DNA of 14,611 nt from Escherichia coli (GTDB lineage Bacteria > Pseudomonadota > Gammaproteobacteria > Enterobacterales > Enterobacteriaceae): assembly GCF_003334255.1 (NCBI RefSeq), contig NZ_QOWU01000079.1. One strand, given 5' to 3'. A program made the translations under genes and the position numbers. The notes under the pieces are model-generated. The model worked only from the letters and a program-made list of their open reading frames with translations, was not told the origin of the DNA and did no database searches. This document shows, in pieces, positions 5,493 through 12,192 of the stretch. The number at the start of each line of letters is the position of its first letter. Position 1 is the stretch's first letter.

Positions 5493-6038
5493 ATGGCTAC
5501 GATCCCAACCCTCACTCAACCTGAAATTGCCATCGTTGATGGTCAGGCTGTTACTTCATCCCTGGCTGTTGCCAACTTCTTCTCCAAACGTCATGACGAT
5601 GTACTGAAAAAGATCCGCACGCTTGAATGTTCCGCATCATTCACTGCCCGCAATTTTTCGGTGAGTGATTACACCGATTGCACAGGCCGCAAACTACCTT
5701 GCTATCAAATAACCCGCGACGGCTTTGCGTTTCTTGCTATGGGTTTCACGGGTAAACGTGCTGCCCAGTTCAAAGAGGCATACATCAATGCCTTTAACCA
5801 GATGGAAAAACTGCTTTCAAAGCCATCCACGCTGAGCGATGCCGCAGATAACGCCAGCGTGCTTTACTCCCACCTGTCGGTAATCCACAAGGTCTGGCTG
5901 CAGCAGCTTTATCCCATGTTGGCAAAAGCCGAATCCCCGCTGGCTGTAAGTCTGTATGACCGCATCAACGACGCGGCGCTACTGGCCAGTCTCATAAATT
6001 TGTCGCTGAACCCTTCAGAGGTAAGGGGGCGCAAATGA
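5493..6038 (+). CDS. rha: Rha-family phage regulatory protein
   Basis: ATG 5493 has a strong SD (GGAGG 5480-5484, 8-nt spacing). MATIPTLTQPEIAIVDGQAVTSSLAVANFFSKRHDDVLKKIR...YQITRDGFAFLAMGFTGKRAAQFKEAYINAFNQME matches the Phage_pRha pattern I recall. The same frame stays open upstream to ATG 4890 (the 382-aa track ORF), which I treat as doubtful. Confidence 0.8.
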   Translation: MATIPTLTQPEIAIVDGQAVTSSLAVANFFSKRHDDVLKKIRTLECSASFTARNFSVSDYTDCTGRKLPCYQITRDGFAFLAMGFTGKRAAQFKEAYINAFNQMEKLLSKPSTLSDAADNASVLYSHLSVIHKVWLQQLYPMLAKAESPLAVSLYDRINDAALLASLINLSLNPSEVRGRK

Positions 6039-6259
6039 TCCGGAATATTTTCAAACGGTTTACCAATCATACTTTCCGTTGTCCTCGTCCGGGTCAGTGG
6101 TACACCACGCCTGCAGGGCATGTTCTACGTGTTAGCCTGGTTGACCGTGAATGTCAGAAGGTGATTTGTGAACCGCTGGGCCGTAATTACCGCGTCAGTA
6201 TGCCGCTTATAGCCTTTTGCTCCGGAAAAATGTTTAAGCGTCTGGGAGGTGTGGCGTGA
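6035..6259 (+). CDS. DUF4222-like small protein (74 aa)
   Basis: ATGA overlap with the rha stop. The pattern is GQWY...G.V.RV......Q.VI.......Y.VS.PL..F....F. Confidence 0.6.
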   Translation: MIRNIFKRFTNHTFRCPRPGQWYTTPAGHVLRVSLVDRECQKVICEPLGRNYRVSMPLIAFCSGKMFKRLGGVA

Positions 6260-6555
6260 ACTGTTTTCAGTTTGTGTGCGGATGTGCTTTCGATAACCCG
6301 ATTCAGCGCCTGATTATGTTGCGTGTTTTGATGTCGGGTTCTTCAGACGGTGAAGGCGAGAGAGTTATTGATCATCAGGTGCTTGCTGATTTCTGCTGTT
6401 GTTCTAAGCAAGCGATATTCAGGGAAACCCTGGCACTGGAAAGAGCTGGTTATCTTCATATCCGAAAAATTGCAACGCTTACTATTGATGCAAAAGCCAG
6501 ACTACAACCTGCGCGTGGCTACACAATTCTCATGCTGCGGAAGGAGGTTGTATGA
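6256..6555 (+). CDS. small winged-helix/HTH-like protein preceding the replication initiator
   Basis: 99 aa with a GTGA overlap upstream and an ATGA overlap downstream. The HTH-like segment is HQVLADFCCCSKQAIFRETLALERAGYLHI. Confidence 0.5.
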   Translation: MNCFQFVCGCAFDNPIQRLIMLRVLMSGSSDGEGERVIDHQVLADFCCCSKQAIFRETLALERAGYLHIRKIATLTIDAKARLQPARGYTILMLRKEVV

Positions 6556-7535
6556 GCCGTTACGCCCCCACACCGGAAGTTATGGCTATTGGTCAAATTA
6601 ATATTTCCGGCAATGTTACACCTGCGACCTGGTGGAAATATATTCGACTACCCAGTGGGCGTCCGGATGCGACGGCTATCGCTCTGCTTTCAGAGATCGT
6701 TTACTGGTACCGCCCGACAGAGGTCAGGGATGAGCACACCGGAGCGTTGCTGGGATATCGCAAGCGTTTTCAGGGCGACAAACTGCAAAGAAGCTACCAG
6801 GCGTTTGCTGAGCAGTTTGGTTTCGGGAAAAGGGAAACCGCAGATGCGCTGAAGCGTCTGCGCGATGCAGGGTTTATTACTCTGGATTTACGCACGGTGG
6901 AAATGCTCGATGGGGTGAAATGCAGCAATATTTTGTTTGTCGGGATCAACCCACAGGCAATTGCGGCCATCACCACACCTTCTTCTGTTTCGCCAGAAAG
7001 TAACAGCAATAATGCAATCAGCGATACAGCTATTACGTTAAAACGGAACACCCCCCGACGTCATAACGGAACAGGGGATACGCCGAATGTTGATACAAAT
7101 ACAGAGATTACTACAGAGATTACAACGGAGACTAAAAACACTATTGATGCATCCGCTGACGCGTCTGCGCCAGCGCGTTCTGCCCGACAGGAATATTCAC
7201 CGGAATTTGAACAGGCCTGGCAGGAATATCCCAAACGTGCTGGTGGCAATTCAAAATCAGCAGCCTTCAAAGCCTGGAAAGCCCGTTTGAACGAGGGGGT
7301 AAACCCCGAAACCATGCTGGAAGGTGTGAAACGCTACGCGGGCTGGGTATCTGCGATGGGCAATAGCGGCACACAATTTGTGAAACAGGCTGTCACGTTC
7401 TTTGGTCCGGATCGTCATTTCGAAGAATCCTGGGAAGTTCCTGCGGTATCTGCAGCCAGACGCGAGGACCCGTACTTCAAAGCCAGTTACGACAACGTGG
7501 ACTACAGCCAGATCCCGACAGGATTCAGGGGGTGA
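6552..7535 (+). CDS. phage replication initiation protein (lambda O / P22 gp18 functional analogue)
   Basis: 327 aa. The N-terminal wHTH-like domain includes AIALLSEIVYWY...FGFGKRETADALKRLRDAGFI. A low-complexity linker encoded by DNA iterons follows. The C-terminal motif is EFEQAWQEYPKRAGGNSKSAAFKAWKARL...FVKQAVTFFGPDRHFEESW, which I recall from phage DnaD/O-like replication proteins. Confidence 0.7.
   Translation: MSRYAPTPEVMAIGQINISGNVTPATWWKYIRLPSGRPDATAIALLSEIVYWYRPTEVRDEHTGALLGYRKRFQGDKLQRSYQAFAEQFGFGKRETADALKRLRDAGFITLDLRTVEMLDGVKCSNILFVGINPQAIAAITTPSSVSPESNSNNAISDTAITLKRNTPRRHNGTGDTPNVDTNTEITTEITTETKNTIDASADASAPARSARQEYSPEFEQAWQEYPKRAGGNSKSAAFKAWKARLNEGVNPETMLEGVKRYAGWVSAMGNSGTQFVKQAVTFFGPDRHFEESWEVPAVSAARREDPYFKASYDNVDYSQIPTGFRG
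7024..7132. repeat. iteron cluster (candidate ori) inside the initiator gene
   Basis: One repeat family is ATACAGCTATTAC (7024-7036), ATACAGAGATTAC (7099-7111) and TACAGAGATTAC (7112-7123). It is interleaved with AACGGAACA (7042-7050, 7065-7073) and AACGGAGAC (7124-7132). The cluster encodes the TEITTEITTE linker. In lambda, ori is likewise an iteron cluster in the O linker. Confidence 0.45.
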
Positions 7536-8026
7536 TCATGAGTCTGATGAACGATGTACAGAAATTCATTGAAGCCCATCCGGGGTGTACTTCAGGTGAC
7601 ATTGCGGATGCTTTTGCTGGTTACTCACGACAGTGCGTTCTGCAGTCAGCAAGCAAGTTACGTCAGAGTGGCCGTGTGGCTCACTGTTGTGAAGGGAAAA
7701 CACGCAGACATTTCCCACACCAGGCTGAGAGAGCGCAGGAGGCGGAACCGCAACCAGTTCTTGAAACCATACCTGTGCGCAATTTCTATGTCGGCACTAA
7801 CGATCCCCGGGTGATTTTGTGCCTGACCCGCCAGGCGGAAGAACTGGAGTCCAGGGGCTTATACCGTCGTGCTGCAACCGTGTGGATGGCGGCATTCCGT
7901 GAAAGCCACTCCCAGCCAGAACGAAACAATTTTCTGGCGCGTCGTGAGCGGTGCTTACGGAAAAGCAGAAAGCGCGCTGTAGCGGGTGATGAGTGGTATC
8001 TGTCAGGGAATTACGTGGGGGCTTAA
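7532..8026 (+). CDS. PerC-family (Pch-like) transcriptional regulator with an N-terminal wHTH-like extension
   Basis: AEELESRGLYRRAATVWMAAFRESHSQPERNNFLARRERCL matches the PerC motif (LE..G.YRRAA.RW ... RR..C) as I recall it. GTG 7532 forms a GTGA overlap with the upstream stop. ATG 7538 (AGGGGG-N6) is an alternative start. Confidence 0.6.
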   Translation: MIMSLMNDVQKFIEAHPGCTSGDIADAFAGYSRQCVLQSASKLRQSGRVAHCCEGKTRRHFPHQAERAQEAEPQPVLETIPVRNFYVGTNDPRVILCLTRQAEELESRGLYRRAATVWMAAFRESHSQPERNNFLARRERCLRKSRKRAVAGDEWYLSGNYVGA

Positions 8027-8679
8027 TGAGTAATAAATATTGCCAGGCGCTGGTGGAACTACGGAACAAACCAGCCCATGAACTGAAGGAAGTGGGCGAT
8101 CAGTGGCGCACGCCGGACAACATTTTCTGGGGAATTAACACCCTGTTTGGCCCGTTTGTTCTGGATCTGTTTACTGACGGTGATAACGCCAAATGTGCCG
8201 CGTATTACACGGCGGAAGACAACGCGCTGGCACATGACTGGTCAGAACGTCTTGCGGAGCTTAAAGGTGCTGCCTTTGGTAATCCCCCGTACAGCCGCGC
8301 CAGTCAGCATGAGGGACAATACATCACCGGCATGCGTTACATCATGAAGCATGCCAGTGCCATGCGTGATAAAGGCGGGCGCTATGTTTTCCTGATCAAA
8401 GCGGCCACCAGCGAAGTGTGGTGGCCGGAAGATGCAGATCATATTGCTTTTATTCGCGGGCGTATTGGTTTTGAACTGCCAGCCTGGTTTATCCCGAAAG
8501 ACGAAAAGCAGGTGCCAACAGGTGCTTTCTTCGCTGGTGCTATTGCTGTTTTCGACAAGACCTGGAAGGGAGCGGCAATCAGCTACATCGGGCGCGATGA
8601 ACTTGAGGCATGTGGTGAGGCATTTCTGGCGCAGGTTCGCCAGCAGGCGGAAAAACTGGTCAGGGAGATGGCGGCATGA
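8026..8679 (+). CDS. dam: phage DNA N6-adenine methyltransferase (Dam family)
   Basis: ATG 8026 (TAATG overlap with the upstream stop; GTGGGGG upstream) is preferred over the track start 7993. DQWRTPDNIF...GAAFGNPPYS contains the NPPY catalytic motif typical of the phage Dam family. Confidence 0.85.
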   Translation: MSNKYCQALVELRNKPAHELKEVGDQWRTPDNIFWGINTLFGPFVLDLFTDGDNAKCAAYYTAEDNALAHDWSERLAELKGAAFGNPPYSRASQHEGQYITGMRYIMKHASAMRDKGGRYVFLIKAATSEVWWPEDADHIAFIRGRIGFELPAWFIPKDEKQVPTGAFFAGAIAVFDKTWKGAAISYIGRDELEACGEAFLAQVRQQAEKLVREMAA

Positions 8680-9002
8680 CGACATTAACTCAATGCCAGC
8701 AGCAGGTGCTGGATATGCTGATTTCTTATCAGAAAGAACGTGGCTTCCCGCCAACCAATCAGGAGGTGGCAACCATGCTGGGATACCGTTCGGTGAATGC
8801 AGCGGTGGAGCATCTTCGCGCACTGGAGAAAAAAGGTGTCATCACGATAAAGCGTGGCGTGGCCCGGGGTATCACTCTTCATACCGCGGTGAAGGACGAC
8901 GACAGCGAGGCGGTCGGGATTATCCGCGCCCTGCTTGCCGGTGAGGCAAACGCCAGGCTGCGTGCAGCCCACTGGTTACATGAGAGGGGCCTGAAAGTAT
9001 GA
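8676..9002 (+). CDS. LexA N-terminal DNA-binding-domain protein lacking the S24 peptidase domain
   Basis: 108 aa. LTQCQQQVLDMLISYQKERGFPPTNQEVATMLGYRSVNAAVEHLRALEKKGVITIKRGVARGITL aligns by eye with E. coli LexA residues 4-68 ([65 protein letters not shown]). It has no Ala-Gly cleavage site and no Ser/Lys dyad domain. ATGA overlaps occur at both ends. Confidence 0.8.
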   Translation: MTTLTQCQQQVLDMLISYQKERGFPPTNQEVATMLGYRSVNAAVEHLRALEKKGVITIKRGVARGITLHTAVKDDDSEAVGIIRALLAGEANARLRAAHWLHERGLKV

Positions 9003-9394
9003 AGCTAATACTGCCTTTTCCGCCCAGCGTGAACACGTACTGGCGACACCCCAACAAAGGGGCGTTTGCTGGTAAGAGCCTGATAAGCGCGGCGGGGCGA
9101 AAATTCCAGAGCGCGGCGTGTGCAGCAATAGTTGAGCAGTTACGTCGTCTGCCGAAACCAACGTCGGCACCTGCTTCAGTGGAGATCGTGTTGTTTCCTC
9201 CGGATAACCGGATCCGCGATCTGGACAACTATAACAAGGCGCTGTTTGACGCCCTGACCCACGCGGGTGTGTGGGAAGACGACAGCCAGGTGAAAAGAAT
9301 GCTGGTGGAGTGGGGACCGGTTATCCCGGAAGGGAAGGTCGAGATCACTATCAGTAAGTACGAAAAAGCGAGTTGCAAATTAGCAACTCGGTAA
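8999..9394 (+). CDS. rusA: RusA Holliday-junction resolvase
   Basis: LPFPPSVNTYWRH...RIRDLDNYNKALFDALTHAGVWEDDSQV matches E. coli RusA (LPWPPSNNRYYRH...[28 protein letters not shown]). Confidence 0.9.
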   Translation: MKLILPFPPSVNTYWRHPNKGAFAGKSLISAAGRKFQSAACAAIVEQLRRLPKPTSAPASVEIVLFPPDNRIRDLDNYNKALFDALTHAGVWEDDSQVKRMLVEWGPVIPEGKVEITISKYEKASCKLATR

Positions 9395-9439
9395 CGGAAT
9401 TGAGCAACACCCTAAATTTGGGTATTACCTCGTTAAAGA

Positions 9440-9459
9440 TACTGTATTTATGAACAGTG
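9440..9459. promoter_or_regulatory. LexA (SOS) box upstream of the KilA-N gene
   Basis: TACTGTATTTATGAACAGTG has CTG-N10-CAG spacing. It matches 16 of 20 positions of the consensus TACTGTATATATATACAGTA. It lies in the 162-bp AT-rich gap after rusA. A possible promoter, TTGAGC (9400-9405), 17 bp, TATTAC (9423-9428), sits just upstream. Confidence 0.7.
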
Positions 9460-9556
9460 TATCCTTGATAACTATTAAAAATCGCAGTAAGTTCATCCTG
9501 CATCAACGAAAAGGGAGTGCAGTCCCGCTCGTGGATAAAAATTTGTGGAGAAACCA

Positions 9557-10372
9557 ATGAATCAGTTGCTTGTAATTGATGGCGTTTCTGTGCGCCAGTA
9601 CTTCGAATCTAACTACTGTCTTAACGACCTTCAGAAAGCTGCTCTTCTTGCCGCTGGTGAGAATCGCTCCTCCCGTTCGCTGGAAGTTCACGAGTTTATG
9701 CGTCGTCCTGAAACGAAGGCTCTTGTGGAATTATTGGAAGAAGAAACTACGGGAGATTCCCGTAGTATTCCTGTCATCACCATTCAGGGGCGCAATGGTG
9801 GGACGTATGTCTGTAAAGAGCTGGTCTATGCATATGCAATGTGGATCAGCCCGGCATTCAGCTTAAAAGTGATACGTACTTTTGATGCGCTTCATAATTC
9901 ATCACCAGAAGAAACCACATCCGACAAAATTAAATCCGGGGTCATTCTGCTTGAATCAGCAGCAAAGACTCTAAATCTGTCAAACTCCTCGAAACTTGGT
10001 GCATACCAGAAATTATCAAAGGTAGCTGGTCTTCCTGAACTTATGCCGATCTATGCCATTGATGCACCTGCTGATGCGCCAGATGGTTCAAGCCGCCCTA
10101 CGCTGTCGCTGAGTGCACTGCTGAAGCAGTATGGTATCCGCCTGACGGCTAATCAGGCATATCACCAGATGGCGAAGCTGGGGATCGTTGAACAACGCGA
10201 ACGATACAGCCGTACCGCGATTAACAACATCAAAAAATTCTGGTCGCTGACAGCGAAAGGCTGCATGTTCGGCAAGAACATCACCAGTCCTGCAAATCCG
10301 CGCGAGACGCAGCCGCATTTCTTCGAATCCCGATTCCCTGAGCTGTTAAAGCTGCTCGATACCGTTCATTGA
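9557..10372 (+). CDS. KilA-N domain protein (antirepressor-like)
   Basis: ATG 9557 (GGAG-N6) is preferred over GTG 9545. MNQLLVIDGVSVRQYFESNYCLNDLQKAA...EFMRRPETKALVELLE...VITIQGRNGGTYVCKELVYAYAMWISPAFSLKVIRTFD fits the KilA-N pattern I recall. Confidence 0.7.
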   Translation: MNQLLVIDGVSVRQYFESNYCLNDLQKAALLAAGENRSSRSLEVHEFMRRPETKALVELLEEETTGDSRSIPVITIQGRNGGTYVCKELVYAYAMWISPAFSLKVIRTFDALHNSSPEETTSDKIKSGVILLESAAKTLNLSNSSKLGAYQKLSKVAGLPELMPIYAIDAPADAPDGSSRPTLSLSALLKQYGIRLTANQAYHQMAKLGIVEQRERYSRTAINNIKKFWSLTAKGCMFGKNITSPANPRETQPHFFESRFPELLKLLDTVH

Positions 10373-10373
10373 G

Positions 10374-11369
10374 GTGACCGTGAGAGCACTACTGACCCCT
10401 GAAATCGCCCCGCGTATGGGGATCGTATTGTTCAGGCCAGGTTCAGAGCTGATGCCCCTGTTTATGCAGGGGCGTGTCCTGCTGGAGCCTGAGCCGGAAC
10501 GTTATTCATCTTTTGCCAGTGGTGCCGTTCCGGCATCATCACAACCGCTGGCGGATGATCCTGCCGTTCGGGCCGTGTTCCGCCATGAGGCGGTGATCCG
10601 TCGTGCTGGTGGCGTGGAATGCCTTGAGAGCTGGTTACTTCGTGAAAAGGGCTGTCAGTGGCCTCATTCCGACTGGCACAGCGAGAACATGACCACAATG
10701 CGGCACGCGCCAGGCGCAATCCGTCTGTGCTGGCACTGTGACAATCTTCTCCGTGACCAGTTCACGGAACGGCTGGAAGCAATGGCAACGGATAACTGTG
10801 CCCGCTGGGTGTTGTCTGTTGTGCGCCGTGATCTTGGTTTTGATGACAGTCACGTTGTGACAATGCCGGAACTGTGCTGGTGGCTGATTCGTAATGACCT
10901 GGCGGATGCTTTACCGGAAAGTGCAGCCCGTAAGGCCCTGAGATTACCGAAGCCTGTTTTGCCGTCTGTCACCCGGGAGAGTGACCTTGTACCTTCGGTT
11001 ACTGCCACCAGTATTATCCGGGATAAAGCGAAAAAGGTGCTGGCGCTGAAAGTGGATCCGGAGTCGCCGGAGTCTTTTATGTTACGCCCCAAACGTCGTC
11101 GCTGGGTTAATGAAAAGTACACTCGCTGGGTTAAGACGCAGCCGTGTGCATGTTGTGGAAAGCCAGCTGATGATCCGCATCATCTGATTGGTCACGGCCA
11201 GGGTGGTATGGGGACAAAAGCGCATGATCTCTTTGTGTTGCCTTTGTGCAGAAAACACCATGACGAACTGCATGTGGATACCGTGGCATTTGAAGAGAAG
11301 TATGGTTCCCAACTGGAGCTGATATTTCGTTTTATCGATCGCGCACTGGCGATTGGTGTGCTGTCCTGA
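10374..11369 (+). CDS. DUF968 protein (YdfU family) with a C-terminal Ref-like HNH motif
   Basis: The C-terminus reads CACCGKPADDPHHLIGHGQGGMGTKAHDLFVLPLCRKHHDELH, a Cys/His HNH-type motif I associate with DUF968 and P1 Ref. The start is uncertain (GTG 10374 or GTG 10380 after GAGG). The gene begins 1 nt after the KilA-N stop. Confidence 0.7.
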   Translation: MTVRALLTPEIAPRMGIVLFRPGSELMPLFMQGRVLLEPEPERYSSFASGAVPASSQPLADDPAVRAVFRHEAVIRRAGGVECLESWLLREKGCQWPHSDWHSENMTTMRHAPGAIRLCWHCDNLLRDQFTERLEAMATDNCARWVLSVVRRDLGFDDSHVVTMPELCWWLIRNDLADALPESAARKALRLPKPVLPSVTRESDLVPSVTATSIIRDKAKKVLALKVDPESPESFMLRPKRRRWVNEKYTRWVKTQPCACCGKPADDPHHLIGHGQGGMGTKAHDLFVLPLCRKHHDELHVDTVAFEEKYGSQLELIFRFIDRALAIGVLS

Positions 11370-11386
11370 TTTTGTGGAGAAAGTTG

Positions 11387-11779
11387 ATGCGTGATATTCA
11401 GATGGTTCTTGAACGCTGGGGGGCATGGGCGGCAAGTGGTAACACCGGGGTGGACTATTCTCCGATAGCTGCTGGATTTAAAGGCCTTTTACCATCCACC
11501 GCTAAACCTCGCCCGGCCTGCAGCGATGATGACGGCCTTATCATCGAAAACTGCCTTACGCGCCTGAAGAAGAAAAAACCGGACGAGTATTCGCTGCTGG
11601 TAGCTCATTATCTGCTGCGCATATCAAAAAGGCAGATTGCCAGAACAAGAAAGAAGAGCGAAAAGGCAATACGAATTGAGATGCAGATTGCTGAAGGATT
11701 TATTGACGGATGTCTGTCGATGCTGGGTGTAAGGCTGGAGATGGACGACTGGCTGCCCAAAAAAGTAAAAAATGATTAG
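11387..11779 (+). CDS. Q: late-gene antiterminator Q (QuuD-like)
   Basis: ATG 11387 (GGAGA-N6) is preferred over TTG 11372. MRDIQMVLERWGAWA...IAAGFKGLLPS...CSDDDGLII is close to E. coli DLP12 QuuD as I recall it. Confidence 0.85.
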   Translation: MRDIQMVLERWGAWAASGNTGVDYSPIAAGFKGLLPSTAKPRPACSDDDGLIIENCLTRLKKKKPDEYSLLVAHYLLRISKRQIARTRKKSEKAIRIEMQIAEGFIDGCLSMLGVRLEMDDWLPKKVKND

Positions 11780-11839
11780 CGCGGTCCGCAAAAAGTATGT
11801 CAGTATGTTAAGAGTGGTTACTACGCCACACAACTTAAA

Positions 11840-11862
11840 CCCGCCGCCTGGCGGGTTTTTTA
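11840..11862 (+). terminator. intrinsic terminator about 60 nt after Q
   Basis: CCCGCC-GCCT-GGCGGG followed by TTTTTTAT. Confidence 0.75.
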
Positions 11863-11983
11863 TGACTGAAATCGCATCAGTACAGTAAACGTGCTGGTGG
11901 TGGTGAATACCGGTCTTTCAGCTTGCTGGCTTTTTCGACAAGAGTTATTGGTGTGTCACGTTAACCGGAAAAGGGAAAAAGAC

Positions 11984-12181
11984 ATGCTAAAACAGCAGGA
12001 TATGACAGAAACCGCCAGAGTGGTGTTTAATGAATTAAGTGCCACCGAACCGGCGACAGTCGGGGAGATTGCGCAGAATACTTACCTTTCACGCGAACGC
12101 TGCCAGTTAATACTGACCCAGCTGGTTATGGCGGGTCTGGCAGACTATCAGTTCGGTTGTTACAGACGCCTTCCGCAGTGA
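11984..12181 (+). CDS. small hypothetical protein (65 aa), possibly winged-helix; moron-like unit
   Basis: ATG 11984 (AAGGGAAAAAGACATG) is preferred over the track start 11891. The translation is MLKQQDMTETARVVFNELSATEPATVGEIAQNTYLSRERCQLILTQLVMAGLADYQF. The gene is flanked by terminators at 11840 and 12168. Confidence 0.5.
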   Translation: MLKQQDMTETARVVFNELSATEPATVGEIAQNTYLSRERCQLILTQLVMAGLADYQFGCYRRLPQ

Positions 12182-12192
12182 AGGCTTTTTTA
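12168..12192 (+). terminator. intrinsic terminator overlapping the small-ORF stop
   Basis: GCCTTC-CGCAGT-GAAGGC followed by TTTTTTAT. Confidence 0.7.

Noticed and set aside
4890-6038. The 382-aa ORF taken at face value as a single protein.
   Set aside because: Only the last 181 residues have a recognisable domain (Rha), and they have their own strong SD and ATG. The upstream part contains an alternative-frame DUF4222-like ORF and an RNA-like repeat and complement architecture. This is not fully excluded, because the frame is open for 201 codons and ATG 4890 is coupled to the cII-like stop.
7099-7135. The TEITTEITTE tandem repeat as a functional protein repeat or a slippage artefact.
   Set aside because: The repeat unit is shared with a non-tandem copy at 7024 and is interleaved with a second DNA motif. 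DNA-level iterons therefore explain it better than a selected peptide repeat.
8242-8823. The 193-aa minus-strand ORF and the 170-aa plus-strand ORF (8432-8944) across dam and the LexA-like gene.
   Set aside because: They are antisense or out of frame relative to two genes with clear motifs (NPPY and the LexA DNA-binding domain). No SD or motif supports them.
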